A stretch of DNA of 64,000 nt, from contig CAZKLB010000001.1 of NCBI GenBank assembly GCA_964553685.1, forward strand, positions 6,717 to 70,716, written 5' to 3'. The stretch comes from an uncultured Marinoscillum sp. (GTDB taxonomy: Bacteria; Bacteroidota; Bacteroidia; Cytophagales; MED-G16). The translations under genes were made by a program, and so were the position numbers. The notes below the pieces were generated by a model. It did not search any database and was not told where the DNA came from. It saw nothing but the letters and a program-made list of their open reading frames with translations. Positions 9,989 to 20,380 of this stretch are shown here, one piece after another; positions within the stretch are counted from its first letter, which is position 1; every line of letters begins with the position of its first letter.

Positions 9989-10396
9989 ATGTCTGGCGTT
10001 AATAAAGTTATTCTTTTGGGAAATCTTGGTAAAGACCCTGAAGTTAGAAGATTGGATGACGGAAGGGGTGTTGCAAATTTCTCACTAGCTACAAGTGAAA
10101 CTTATAAGAATAAATCTGGCGAGAAAGTAACTAATACTGAGTGGCATAATATAGTATTATGGTCACCACTTGCAGATATTGCAGAAAACTACTTAAAAAA
10201 AGGTAGTCAAGTTTATATTGAAGGAAAGATCTCAAACCGTTCCTACGAAGACAAGGATGGTGTTAAGAAATATATTTCTGAGGTTGTTGGGAGAGAAATA
10301 ACTCTTCTTGGAAGACCTCCTGAACAACAAGAAAACGCTCAGAATAACCCTTCTGAAAACACAAATAACTCCGATGAGGATGATTTGCCTTTTTAA
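9989..10396 (+). CDS. ssb: single-stranded DNA-binding protein
   Basis: 135 aa. OB fold NKVILLGNLGKDPEVR...TEWHNIV. Acidic C-terminal tail DEDDLPF. Confidence 0.95.
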   Translation: MSGVNKVILLGNLGKDPEVRRLDDGRGVANFSLATSETYKNKSGEKVTNTEWHNIVLWSPLADIAENYLKKGSQVYIEGKISNRSYEDKDGVKKYISEVVGREITLLGRPPEQQENAQNNPSENTNNSDEDDLPF

Positions 10397-10406
10397 TTAA
10401 CATCGA

Positions 10407-11729
10407 TTGGAAACAGAACTATTAGATCCCGACCTTTCTTACATGCTACTTAGTCAAGCCTTGGAGATTGATTTGTTGTCAGTTTCTATTCAAGTTTCTA
10501 TTTTAATGAGTTTAATGGTGTTATCAGGATTAATATCTGGCTCTGAGGTTGCTTTTTTTTCACTAACGAATACACAGAAAAAAACAATAAACACATCTGG
10601 ACCTGAAAGTTTGGTTAGAATGATTCGATTACTACAAAAACCAGAGAAACTTTTAGCAACAATATTAATTCTAAACAACCTAGTTAATGTTGCTGTGATC
10701 ACTCTTTCAGCATATTTTACCTGGAATATCTTTGGTAAATCAAATCTTGTGTTTTTAACACTAACAATTGTTGTAACGTTAGTTATTGTGTTTTTTGGTG
10801 AGATTATACCTAAAGTTTATGCTAATAAAAATAAAATGTTTTTTGTTAAGGGAAGCCACAGAATTATAAGCTTCTCATATTTTATTTTCAAACCATTAGT
10901 GTACATACTTCTCGGCCTATCTAACGCTTTAAAACCCAAAGAAAAAATTTATTTAGAAAGCACTAAAGAGGAGTTAAACAAAGCTATGAGTCTTACAATT
11001 GACAAGAGCGCTTCTGTTGAAGAAAAAAATATTTTGGAGGGAATAATAAATTTCGGTACAATAAAAACAAAAGAAATAATGAAGTCGAGGGTGGATGTTG
11101 TTGCTTTTGAAAAAGATGAGAGCTTCAAGGAAATAGCTCAAAAGATTATAAAATATGGTTATTCAAGAATTCCTGTATATAAAGAAACTATTGATAATAT
11201 TGAGGGTGTTTTGTATGTGAAAGATCTTATTCCACACTTGAAAGAGGATGTTTATAATTGGAATAAAAAAATAAGACCTGCGTTTTTCGTTCCTGAAAAC
11301 AAAAACATAGACATTTTATTTAAAGACTTCCAAGAAAAAAGAGTTCACCTGGCTATGGTTATTGATGAGTATGGGGGAGTTTCTGGGTTAATTACCCTCG
11401 AGGATATTATTGAAGAAATAGTTGGTGACATCAAAGATGAGTTTGATTTCGAAGAAACTTTTCAATATAAAAAAATTGATAAGAACACATTTTTATTTGA
11501 GGGAAAAACCTCATTAAATGACTTTTGTAAAGCTATTGGAGAAAGAAAAGATTATTTTAATCTCGCAAAAGGAGACAGTGAGTCCTTAGGGGGGCTTTTA
11601 TTAGAGATTAATTCCAAAATACCTACAAAGGGTGATAAAATAAAATTTGATAATTATATTTTTACAATAATGTCTGTCGATAATAAAAGAATAAGACGTG
11701 TTAAAATTTATAGGAAGTCAAAAAAATAA
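10407..11729 (+). CDS. gldE: CNNM(DUF21)-CBS-CorC/HlyC membrane protein, gliding-motility-associated GldE
   Basis: 440 aa. N-terminal multi-TM domain, a CBS pair and a CorC_HlyC-type C-terminus. It sits immediately upstream of a gldD-like gene and downstream of ssb, as in Flavobacterium. The track start is TTG. The first ATG is at 10443. Confidence 0.75.
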   Translation: METELLDPDLSYMLLSQALEIDLLSVSIQVSILMSLMVLSGLISGSEVAFFSLTNTQKKTINTSGPESLVRMIRLLQKPEKLLATILILNNLVNVAVITLSAYFTWNIFGKSNLVFLTLTIVVTLVIVFFGEIIPKVYANKNKMFFVKGSHRIISFSYFIFKPLVYILLGLSNALKPKEKIYLESTKEELNKAMSLTIDKSASVEEKNILEGIINFGTIKTKEIMKSRVDVVAFEKDESFKEIAQKIIKYGYSRIPVYKETIDNIEGVLYVKDLIPHLKEDVYNWNKKIRPAFFVPENKNIDILFKDFQEKRVHLAMVIDEYGGVSGLITLEDIIEEIVGDIKDEFDFEETFQYKKIDKNTFLFEGKTSLNDFCKAIGERKDYFNLAKGDSESLGGLLLEINSKIPTKGDKIKFDNYIFTIMSVDNKRIRRVKIYRKSKK

Positions 11730-12276
11730 ATTCTTTGGTTTAATATTTATAATAATATTAAGTTGTGAAAAAAACTATCAGCCAAAACCAAGAGGGTTAA
11801 ATCAGATAACTATTCCTAATCCAATTTATAAAGTTTTAAAAATTCCTGGTGAATTTCAATTCGAAAAAAATGCTATTGCTAGTCATGATATAAATAAAGA
11901 TAAAGGTTGGTTAAACTTAAATTACGAAAGATATAATTGTGAAATATTAATAACAACAAAAAAATTTAAATCAACAAATAAATTAAACTCCTTAACTGAA
12001 GAAGCCTACAAATTAATTAGTAAACATAAAATTAAAGCATCATCGATAAACGAAACAAACGTGAGAACAAAAGATGATAAACATGCTGTTTTATTTGAAT
12101 TAAAGGGTGAGGTTCCAACACCCTTTCAGTTTATTACTACAGACAGCAATCAAAATTTTATGAGAGCTGCTTTATATTTTAAAAACCCCATAAGAGGTGA
12201 TTCTCTGTTGCCTATTGTGAGTTATTTGAAGAGAGACATGCTCCATGTTTTAAATACATTAAGTTGGGATGAGTGA
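11698..12276 (+). CDS. gldD: gliding-motility-associated lipoprotein GldD
   Basis: 192 aa. GTG start lies inside the gldE 3' end, and there is no in-frame ATG before the lipobox. Lipobox IILSC is followed by QPKPRGLNQITIP, resembling the GldD N-terminal block (PKPKG.LR.EYP) as I recall it. Confidence 0.7.
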   Translation: MLKFIGSQKNKFFGLIFIIILSCEKNYQPKPRGLNQITIPNPIYKVLKIPGEFQFEKNAIASHDINKDKGWLNLNYERYNCEILITTKKFKSTNKLNSLTEEAYKLISKHKIKASSINETNVRTKDDKHAVLFELKGEVPTPFQFITTDSNQNFMRAALYFKNPIRGDSLLPIVSYLKRDMLHVLNTLSWDE

Positions 12277-14356
12277 GAATGGTTTAAATACTAAAATAGA
12301 ATTTATTAAGGGTGTTGGGCCTCAAAAAGCAAACTTGCTTAATAAAGAGTTAAATATATATACACTCAACGACATGCTTCATTACTTTCCCTTCAGGTAT
12401 GAAGATCGATCTAATATCATAAAAATCTCCGAGGGGGTTCTAGAAGAAAAACAAGGGGTTTACTTAATACAAGTATTAAAAAAAACAAAAGGTGGGCGTT
12501 TTAAAAATAAAAAACTAACAGTTAAGGTTAAGGATGGTTCTTGTTATGCTGATTTAACATGGTTAAAGGGAGTTGAGTGGGTGGAGGATAAAATTCAGGT
12601 AGGGAAAAAATATTTAATATTTGGTAAACCAAAAATTTATAAAAAAAACATATCTTTCATTCATCCAGAAGTTAATGATTTGAGTAGTACCTTATTGGGC
12701 ATAAGACCAGTCTACCCAGTAACTGATAAACTAAAAAGAGGGTTTATAAATAATCGTTTTTTTAATAGAATAATAAATGAAGTTCTAAATAGGACAATAC
12801 CTTGGGTAGAAGAAAATCTATCTGACTTGATAATTAAAGAGATGGAATTAATTAGTAGAGCGGAGGCTTTAAGATATATTCACACCCCAAAAAATAAAAA
12901 ACTAGCAGAAAAGGCAAAAGAGCGTTTAAAGTTTGAGGAGTTATTTTTTCTGCAGCTACAAATATTAAAAATAAAAAATAAAAGACTTTCTTCATTTCCG
13001 GGGTATGTCTTTAAAAAAAAGAAATTACTTACAAATTTCTATAAAAAACATATTCCTTTTTCTTTAACAGGAGCTCAAAAAAAAGTGATTAAAGAGTGTT
13101 ATGGTGATATGTCTTCAGGAAATCAAATGAACAGACTAGTACAGGGTGATGTTGGTAGTGGAAAAACAATTGTAGCCTTCATGTGTATGTTATTCGCAAT
13201 TGAAGAGGGAACTCAAGTTGCTTTTATGGCGCCCACAGAGGTTCTTGCCTACCAACATTATAAAAGTTTAAAAAAATATAGAGAAAAATTACAAATTTCT
13301 ATATCAATTCTTACAGGATCTACAAAAAACAAAGATCGAAAGGTGTTGTTAGATCAACTTAAAGGTGGAAAGATTAACGTTTTAATTGGCACTCACGCTC
13401 TAATTGAGAAAACTGTTGTTTTTAATGAGTTGGGTTTAGTGATAATAGATGAACAGCATAAATTTGGTGTAGCCCAAAGAGCAAAACTTTGGTCGAAGAA
13501 GAAACAATTTTATCCCCATGTGTTAGTAATGACAGCAACACCAATACCAAGAACACTCGCTCTTACTCTTTACGGAGATCTAGATGTTTCGGTAATCGAT
13601 GAGCTTCCTTTGGGAAGAAAAGAAATTATAACTAGTCATAGAAATGATAATTCAAGGTTAAAGGTTTTCAATTTTATATCTAAAACCATAAATGAGGGTC
13701 AACAGGTATACATTGTGTACCCATTAATTGATGAGTCTGAAACAAAAGATTATAAAGATTTGATGGATGGGTATAAGAGTTTAGAAAGATACTTTCCAGA
13801 TACCCAAATTGGAATTTTACACGGTAGAATGAAACCAGAAAACAAAGACTATGAAATGAAAAGGTTTTCAGATGGTGTTAGTAAAATTCTTGTTTCTACC
13901 ACAGTTATTGAAGTAGGGGTTGATGTTCCAAACGCTACGGTTATATTAATTGAAAGTGCTGAAAGATTTGGTTTATCTCAACTTCACCAGTTGAGGGGAA
14001 GGGTTGGTAGGGGTGATAAACAATCATATTGTATTTTAATGACCAAGTATAAAATATCTAGTGAATCTAAAGAAAGAATTGGGGCTATGGTTAAAACTTC
14101 GGATGGTTTTAAAATAGCAAACTATGATTTAAAAATGAGGGGCCCTGGTAATATGATGGGAACTAAACAGAGTGGTCTACCAGAGTTAGAATTTACAAAT
14201 CTTTCTGAGGATCATGATGTTGTCGTAAAAACAAGGTCTATCGCTCAAAAGGTTATAAATTTGGATCCTAATCTATCTAAAGTGGAAAATGAACCAATCA
14301 AAAAACATCTTATTAAAAACAAAAACAATAATATAAACTGGAGTAGAATAAGTTAG
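12269..14356 (+). CDS. recG: ATP-dependent DNA helicase RecG
   Basis: 695 aa. Wedge/OB N-domain and SF2 motifs GDVGSGKT, DEQHKFG, TATPIPRT and QLRGRVGRG. Confidence 0.95.
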   Translation: MSENGLNTKIEFIKGVGPQKANLLNKELNIYTLNDMLHYFPFRYEDRSNIIKISEGVLEEKQGVYLIQVLKKTKGGRFKNKKLTVKVKDGSCYADLTWLKGVEWVEDKIQVGKKYLIFGKPKIYKKNISFIHPEVNDLSSTLLGIRPVYPVTDKLKRGFINNRFFNRIINEVLNRTIPWVEENLSDLIIKEMELISRAEALRYIHTPKNKKLAEKAKERLKFEELFFLQLQILKIKNKRLSSFPGYVFKKKKLLTNFYKKHIPFSLTGAQKKVIKECYGDMSSGNQMNRLVQGDVGSGKTIVAFMCMLFAIEEGTQVAFMAPTEVLAYQHYKSLKKYREKLQISISILTGSTKNKDRKVLLDQLKGGKINVLIGTHALIEKTVVFNELGLVIIDEQHKFGVAQRAKLWSKKKQFYPHVLVMTATPIPRTLALTLYGDLDVSVIDELPLGRKEIITSHRNDNSRLKVFNFISKTINEGQQVYIVYPLIDESETKDYKDLMDGYKSLERYFPDTQIGILHGRMKPENKDYEMKRFSDGVSKILVSTTVIEVGVDVPNATVILIESAERFGLSQLHQLRGRVGRGDKQSYCILMTKYKISSESKERIGAMVKTSDGFKIANYDLKMRGPGNMMGTKQSGLPELEFTNLSEDHDVVVKTRSIAQKVINLDPNLSKVENEPIKKHLIKNKNNNINWSRIS

Positions 14357-14415
14357 TTTTTTTATAATGATCATTGTCTGGGTTTTTAAATAGTTTATTT
14401 TTATATTCTTTAAAT

Positions 14416-15528
14416 ATGACAGGTTTAATAGTTCCATTGGTTTTAATCTCCATTTGTGGTTATGTAATATGGAGGGCGGGAGATACTTTTATAGAGGGGT
14501 CTAATTATATTGGTAGAAATTTAAAAGATGGGGTTAAAGGAGCAACAATTAACGCTGTTGCCAGCTCAATGCCTGAACTATTTATCGCTTTGTTTTTCTT
14601 ATTTTATTTACAAGATGTTACTGGGTTTTCAGGTGGTGTTGGAACTTCTTTTGGAAGTGTTCTTTTTAACTCTTTAATTATACCATCTGCAGCAATAATT
14701 GGAGTATTATCAAAATCTAAAAAAAGTCAAGTAGAGGTGTCGAGAAAAATAATTTTAAGAGATGGGGTTTGGTTGCTATTAGTTGAAATAATACTAATTT
14801 ACTTTATTCAACAAGGAGAAATAACCTGGAAAGAGAGCTTCATCTTAGTATTAATATATGGATTATATGTTTTTTATTTATTTAAAACCATGAAAGGTGG
14901 AGATAATATTGATTATGAAGAACCTTTTACCGAAAAACAAAAAATATCAATACTTTCTGCTTTTATGATCTTTGATCTAAAGAGAATTTTGATTGGTAAC
15001 AGAAAGCTAAATTCTAAGAAAGCTTGGTTTGTTTTCACAGTATCCTCACTTGTTATTGGTTTTGTTTGTTATTTTTTAGTTATTGCCTGTGAGTGGTTGG
15101 GTAGTGAAAAATACACAGTTCCTTATCTTGGAGATTTTCAAGGCCTAGGTGTCCCTTTGTTATTTGTTGCTTTAATATTTGCAGCAGTGGGAAGTAGTTT
15201 TCCAGATACAATTATATCATATAAAGATGCTCAAGATGGAAATTATGATGATGCTGTTTCTAATGCTTACGGAAGCAACATATTTAACCTTTGTGTGGCT
15301 CTTGGACTTCCTTTATTTGTTTTTACAATTTTAAAAGGACCAATATATTTGACTGCTGACATAATAAATTTAATATCCTCTTTTTCATGGTGGTTTGTTG
15401 GTTTAACCCTACTTTCAATATTTCTTTATACAAGAAAAGGGGGAGTAAACAAGAAGCACGCTTTCTTTTCAATTCTAAGCTATGGTGTTTTTATTTCTTA
15501 TGTTTTTATTAAGGCTTACTCATTATAG
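14416..15528 (+). CDS. sodium/calcium exchanger (CaCA) family membrane protein
   Basis: About 10 TM segments and two alpha-repeat-like blocks (GATINAVASSMPEL and SNAYGSNIFNL). I prefer the ATG at 14416 (MTGLIVPLVLIS...). The track start at 14374 is TTG. Confidence 0.7.
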   Translation: MTGLIVPLVLISICGYVIWRAGDTFIEGSNYIGRNLKDGVKGATINAVASSMPELFIALFFLFYLQDVTGFSGGVGTSFGSVLFNSLIIPSAAIIGVLSKSKKSQVEVSRKIILRDGVWLLLVEIILIYFIQQGEITWKESFILVLIYGLYVFYLFKTMKGGDNIDYEEPFTEKQKISILSAFMIFDLKRILIGNRKLNSKKAWFVFTVSSLVIGFVCYFLVIACEWLGSEKYTVPYLGDFQGLGVPLLFVALIFAAVGSSFPDTIISYKDAQDGNYDDAVSNAYGSNIFNLCVALGLPLFVFTILKGPIYLTADIINLISSFSWWFVGLTLLSIFLYTRKGGVNKKHAFFSILSYGVFISYVFIKAYSL

Positions 15529-15596
15529 GTATAAATCTTAAATTTTTTATTAAATTTCAACTATAATGAATTTTTAATTTAAGAACCCAAATTATA

Positions 15597-16982
15597 ATGA
15601 GAAAACACCAATACATATTCATAATACTAAGTCTGTTTATATTAAGCTGCAAAAACCAAAAACCGTATGACGAAAAAACCGCGGAGGTTATTAATACTTT
15701 TTACGGGGATGCGTTGGGTGACAGAGAGAGTTATGAGTTGTTAAGGGACTTATCTAAAAATGTTGGTTCAAGACTAAGTGGTTCTGAGGGGGCAAAAAAA
15801 GCTGTTTTATGGTCAAAAGAGGTTATGGAGGGTTATGGTTTTGATACCGTCTATCTACAAGAGGTTATGGTTCCACACTGGGAAAGGGGTTCTGTGGAAG
15901 AGTGCTATTATTTTGATGGTGAAGAGAAGATAAGTTTAAGAATAATGGGTGCTGGTGGAACAGTATCTACACCTGAGGGAGGTATAACCGCCGAGGTGGT
16001 CGAGGTACTTTCATTAGAAGAGCTTGATGTTTTAGGAAAAGAAGGTGTTGAGGGAAAAATAGTTTTTTACAACAAAGCGTTCAATCAGAGGTATATTAAC
16101 ATAGGAGCTTCATATGGTGAAACTGGCTTTCAAAGAAGGTTGGGTGCAATTAAGGCAGCAGAGTACGGTGCAGTAGCGTCTGTTTTTAGGTCGTTATCCT
16201 CTGGAAATGATGACTTCCCACATACAGGTAGTATGTCATATAAAGAAGGTGTTGATAGTATTGCCCACGGGGGATTAGGTGTTTTATCTTCAATAAAATT
16301 ATCAGAAAAAATTAAATCAAATCCAAAAACAAAACTAACTGTTAAGTTATCAGGAAAATGGTTTCCTGATGCTCTTTCTCACAATGTTATCGGTGAAATA
16401 AAAGGATCTAAAAACCCTGAAAAAATAATTTTGGTTGGTGGACATTTAGATTCATGGGATGTTAGTGAAGGAGCACACGATGATGGTGCTGGTTGTATAC
16501 ACTCAATAGGTGCCTTGCGATTGTTTCAAAGACAAGGAATAAAACCACAAAACACACTGCGCGCAGTAATGTTTATGAATGAAGAAAATGGTTTGAGAGG
16601 TGGCACAAAATATGCTGAAATGGCTATAAAAAACAATGAAAATCATATTGTTGCAATTGAAAGTGATGCTAGCGCATATGTTCCAAGGGGGTTTGGTTTT
16701 TCTGGAAGTGATAAACAACTTGAAAAAATACAAGATTGGTTAAAATACTTCAACAAAAACACCATCTCTTATTTTTCTAAAGGCGGTGGCGGTGCTGATA
16801 TTGGGCCGTTACACAGGAGAACAGGAACTCCTATGTTTGGTTTAAGTATAGATGGACAAAAATATTTTGAAATACATCATACAGAAAAAGATGTTTTTGA
16901 ATCAATTCACCCTAGAGAAATGGAACTTGGAACGGCATCAATGGCCTCTCTAGTATACCTTATTGATAAGTATGGTTTATAG
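15597..16982 (+). CDS. exported M28 family zinc aminopeptidase (lipoprotein)
   Basis: 461 aa. Lipobox ILSC. M28 metal-binding blocks GGHLDSWDVSEGAHDDGAG and MNEENGLRG. Confidence 0.8.
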   Translation: MRKHQYIFIILSLFILSCKNQKPYDEKTAEVINTFYGDALGDRESYELLRDLSKNVGSRLSGSEGAKKAVLWSKEVMEGYGFDTVYLQEVMVPHWERGSVEECYYFDGEEKISLRIMGAGGTVSTPEGGITAEVVEVLSLEELDVLGKEGVEGKIVFYNKAFNQRYINIGASYGETGFQRRLGAIKAAEYGAVASVFRSLSSGNDDFPHTGSMSYKEGVDSIAHGGLGVLSSIKLSEKIKSNPKTKLTVKLSGKWFPDALSHNVIGEIKGSKNPEKIILVGGHLDSWDVSEGAHDDGAGCIHSIGALRLFQRQGIKPQNTLRAVMFMNEENGLRGGTKYAEMAIKNNENHIVAIESDASAYVPRGFGFSGSDKQLEKIQDWLKYFNKNTISYFSKGGGGADIGPLHRRTGTPMFGLSIDGQKYFEIHHTEKDVFESIHPREMELGTASMASLVYLIDKYGL

Positions 16983-17466
16983 GGGATTTTTATTTATTTT
17001 TTTTCTTTTTTGGATAAAAACTTATGATGTTAATGCGCACGCGGTATATGTAAGTGTTTGTAATGTTTATGAGAAAGGTGACAATTTGTTTTTTTCTTTT
17101 AGGATATTTAAAGATGATGTTTTTGATGCTTTGAACATATACGGTGAATCCTCAAAGATTACTGATGAGGAAAAATCAAAGATTTTAAACTATGTTATCA
17201 AAAACTTTAAGTTTAAAATCAACAATACCAGTCAAGAGTTTTTGGTTGATCGTTTAGTCTTTGAGGGTAGTGATTATACAGAAACTGTGAATGTGGTTTT
17301 GTTCACAAAAAAAAACAATTTATCTAAAACTTTTTATATAAAAAACACAGTTTTATTGGATCACTTGGATTCACAAATGAATGTTGTGGGTATTAACCTT
17401 GGCTCGCAAAGAAAAACATTAACCTTTAAAAAAAACCTTGATGAAAAGTGGATAGAAATAGACTAA
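16972..17466 (+). CDS. small exported protein, paralog of 49464..49931 (family I recall being labelled DUF6702)
   Basis: ATG at 16972 overlaps the M28 stop. The track TTG start is 16963. The hydrophobic leader ends VNA, then HAVYVSV...FRIFKDDVFDAL. These blocks are shared with the 49464 ORF (HEFYVSV...KKIFFDDLELAL; IKNTVLLDHLDSQMN vs IEDTSLFSYFDGQEN). Confidence 0.5.
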   Translation: MVYRGFLFIFFLFWIKTYDVNAHAVYVSVCNVYEKGDNLFFSFRIFKDDVFDALNIYGESSKITDEEKSKILNYVIKNFKFKINNTSQEFLVDRLVFEGSDYTETVNVVLFTKKNNLSKTFYIKNTVLLDHLDSQMNVVGINLGSQRKTLTFKKNLDEKWIEID

Positions 17467-17987
17467 CTGTATTGGTCGGGTCTAAAAACCCCACCAAGGT
17501 TAACGCTGTCAAAGAGGCTTTTTTTGATGTTTTCCCCAAGCAGCTTTTTTCTATAAAAGGAATAAAGGTTGAGTCAGATGTCTCTAACCAACCAATGACA
17601 AACGAAGAAACTTTTAATGGAGCAAAAAATCGGGTTTTGAATATGAAAAGTAACGGTGGTGATTTTTATGTAGGAATAGAGGGTGGTTGTTTAAAGTTTA
17701 AAAACAAACTCTTTGCCTTTGCTTGGGTGATAGTAAAAAACAATAAGGGTTTCGGTTACGGAAAGACATCTCTTTTTCAACTTCCTGATGAAATTAAAAA
17801 GTTGGTTGAGAGTGGTGTTGAATTAGGACATGCAGATGATGTGTTTTTTAATAGAGAAAACTCAAAACAAAAAGACGGAGCAGTTGGATTACTCACTAGA
17901 GGGTTAATAGACAGAACAAAGTATTATAAGGAGGCGACTATTATGGCTTTGATTCCTTTTATGAATAAAAAAATTGATTTTAGTTAA
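17448..17987 (+). CDS. inosine/xanthosine triphosphatase (YjjX-like non-canonical NTPase)
   Basis: 179 aa. VGSKNPTKVNAVKEAF N-terminus and IEGG core. GTG start overlaps the preceding ORF. Confidence 0.7.
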   Translation: MDRNRLTVLVGSKNPTKVNAVKEAFFDVFPKQLFSIKGIKVESDVSNQPMTNEETFNGAKNRVLNMKSNGGDFYVGIEGGCLKFKNKLFAFAWVIVKNNKGFGYGKTSLFQLPDEIKKLVESGVELGHADDVFFNRENSKQKDGAVGLLTRGLIDRTKYYKEATIMALIPFMNKKIDFS

Positions 17988-18792
17988 TCAAGAAATCATC
18001 CAGTAATTCCTCTTTTGTTTTTAAATTTTCTTTGTAGTAGAAAAATTTATTTCTTGTCGCTGTGTTTTCAAGAACTAACACAAGAATCTTTTTATTTTGA
18101 TCGGGGTCAAGCTCTTTGGTTTTATATGATTTCGAAATAAAACCTGCTGTTCCTCTATAAAAAGAAATAACATAGCTAATGTTATTAGAAAAATAATACC
18201 TGTAATCTTCTTTTTTTTCAACTGTCAGTATATTATTAGGCATATCTTTAAAGTTAAAATCAACGAGCCCAATTGTACTTTTACTAATGTTTGGTTTATT
18301 TAAAACAGCGGTGGTTCTGGGTGTCACTATACTGTTTATATATTCTGGTTTTGGGGAAAAAAGAAAGTTTGATTGTTTAGGGTTGTTAAGAATAATTGTT
18401 TCTTTCAAAAGTTGCACGGCGCTGTCACCTTCAAAAACAAATTCAAATGATTTTTGTTTTTTATTTAACTCAGATTTATGGGTAAAGGATAGCTTTTTAT
18501 CATTGAAAAATATAACACCACTAATTTCCCTCTCGTCAAAATATTTCATAAGGTTTAGTGTTATCTCGTCATTAATATAGATGTTTATTGAGTCGATATA
18601 GTTAACAACATCGATTCCATTTGAAATTAATTTTTGGTGAAGTTTCTCAAGAACTTCTGTTTGGTTTTTGTTGTTTTCAACTGTATAACAAACAACAAAT
18701 TTTTTTAAAAAGTAACCGGAGTTTTGAGAAAAGCAAGGGTAAAAAAAGACAACAATAATGAAGGTTAAAATAATGTTTTTTAATATTCTCAT
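17980..18792 (-). CDS. hypothetical exported protein
   Basis: 270 aa. Signal-like N-terminus (IILTFIIVVFFYPCFSQ). No motif recognised. Its stop overlaps the stop of the convergent 17448 gene within TTAGTTAA. Confidence 0.5.
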   Translation of the reverse strand: MRILKNIILTFIIVVFFYPCFSQNSGYFLKKFVVCYTVENNKNQTEVLEKLHQKLISNGIDVVNYIDSINIYINDEITLNLMKYFDEREISGVIFFNDKKLSFTHKSELNKKQKSFEFVFEGDSAVQLLKETIILNNPKQSNFLFSPKPEYINSIVTPRTTAVLNKPNISKSTIGLVDFNFKDMPNNILTVEKKEDYRYYFSNNISYVISFYRGTAGFISKSYKTKELDPDQNKKILVLVLENTATRNKFFYYKENLKTKEELLDDFLIN

Positions 18793-18903
18793 TTATTAGT
18801 AACACCAATTAATAAAATATATTTTATTTAAATATACTTTTATCAAATTTATTATAATAAGGTTTTATATATTCGTTGTGATTTAAATTATTTGTTTTTT
18901 TGT

Positions 18904-19977
18904 ATGATTGATAAACTAAAAGAGATAAAAGAAAAATATTTAAAAGTAGAGGAGGAGCTTTCTAACCCTGAAACCGTAAAGGATATAAAAAAATATACTT
19001 CATTAAATAAAGAATATAAATCGTTAGGGAAGATTGTAAAAAAATATGACGAACATAGCCAAACATTATCTGGAATTAAAGAGGCGAAAAAAGTTTTAGA
19101 ATCTGAAAAAGATGAAGAGTTTAGAGAAATGGCAAAAGAGGAGCTAGAGAACCTCTACAAAAAAAAAGAAAACGAAGAAGAGTCTTTAAAGGTCCTGTTA
19201 ATACCAAAAGATCCAGACGATGAAAAAAGTGCGATATTAGAAATAAGAGCTGGTACAGGTGGCGATGAGGCTGCAATATTTGCTGGTGACTTACTTAGAA
19301 TGTATCAACTTTATGCAGAAAAAAACAAATGGTCGTTTGATGTTATCAACTACAATGAAGGAACTTCTGGTGGATATAAAGAAATAGTTTGTTCTGTTGA
19401 GGGAGAAGACGTATTTGGTAAGCTTAAGTTTGAAGCTGGCACTCATCGTGTTCAAAGGGTGCCTGAAACAGAAACCCAAGGACGTGTTCACACCTCTGCT
19501 GCAACAATTGCTGTTCTCCCTGAAGCAGAAGATGTTGAATTAGAAATTAACACTTCTGATATTAGAAAAGACACATACAGGGCGTCTGGTGCAGGAGGAC
19601 AACACGTAAATAAGACTGAGTCCGCTGTTAGGCTAACACACGAACCAACAGGTGTTGTGGTAGAGTGTCAAGATGGAAGATCACAGCACGCTAATTATGA
19701 CAAAGCGCTTAAGGTATTAAAATCCAAACTTTATGAAATTGAAGTTAAGAAAAGAAATGATGAGATTGCTGGAAAAAGAAAAACAATGGTTGGGTCTGGG
19801 GACAGGTCTGATAAAATAAGAACATATAACTACCCTCAAGGTAGAGTGACTGACCATAGAATTGGATTCACAACACATAACTTACCCGACGTTCTAGCTG
19901 GAGGGTTGTTCACATTCACAGAGAATTTGAGAATAGCAGAAAATGCAGAAAAAATGAAAGCGGGTATAGATGGTTGA
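18904..19977 (+). CDS. prfA: peptide chain release factor 1
   Basis: GGQ motif ([11 protein letters not shown]). PxT-type decoding tripeptide ([13 protein letters not shown]). ATG at 18904 ([10 protein letters not shown]) is preferred over the TTG at 18892. Confidence 0.95.
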   Translation: MIDKLKEIKEKYLKVEEELSNPETVKDIKKYTSLNKEYKSLGKIVKKYDEHSQTLSGIKEAKKVLESEKDEEFREMAKEELENLYKKKENEEESLKVLLIPKDPDDEKSAILEIRAGTGGDEAAIFAGDLLRMYQLYAEKNKWSFDVINYNEGTSGGYKEIVCSVEGEDVFGKLKFEAGTHRVQRVPETETQGRVHTSAATIAVLPEAEDVELEINTSDIRKDTYRASGAGGQHVNKTESAVRLTHEPTGVVVECQDGRSQHANYDKALKVLKSKLYEIEVKKRNDEIAGKRKTMVGSGDRSDKIRTYNYPQGRVTDHRIGFTTHNLPDVLAGGLFTFTENLRIAENAEKMKAGIDG

Positions 19978-20380
19978 ACAAAAAGAAATAAAACTAAACG
20001 CTCAACCAAGGGGTTTTCATTTAATAACAAACGAAGTTGTGAGGCATATTCCAAAAATCACAGGTATAGTAAATATCTTTATGAAACACACATCTGCAAG
20101 TCTCACGATAAACGAAAACGCTGACCCAACAGTAAGAGATGACTTTGAAACACATTTTAATAAAATGGTATCGGACAAAGAAACTTATTACAAGCACACC
20201 TATGAGGGTTTGGATGACATGACCTCTCACATTAAAACAAGTATACTTGGGTCATCTATAAACTTTCCAATTAAAAAAGGTGTTCCTTTGTTTGGAACTT
20301 GGCAGGGGATATATTTGTGTGAGCACCGTAATGGTGGAAAAACAAGAAATATTATAATTACATCCTATGGAGAAGCTTAA
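19970..20380 (+). CDS. yjbQ: YjbQ/UPF0047 family protein (secondary thiamine-phosphate synthase-like)
   Basis: 136 aa. [19 protein letters not shown] and [12 protein letters not shown] blocks. It overlaps the prfA stop by 8 nt. Confidence 0.85.
   Translation: MVEQKEIKLNAQPRGFHLITNEVVRHIPKITGIVNIFMKHTSASLTINENADPTVRDDFETHFNKMVSDKETYYKHTYEGLDDMTSHIKTSILGSSINFPIKKGVPLFGTWQGIYLCEHRNGGKTRNIIITSYGEA

Noticed and set aside
18892-19977. Possible programmed frameshift at the release factor gene
   Set aside because: The gene is RF1 (PxT-type tripeptide PET, single uninterrupted frame). The +1 frameshift is a feature of prfB (RF2), not prfA.
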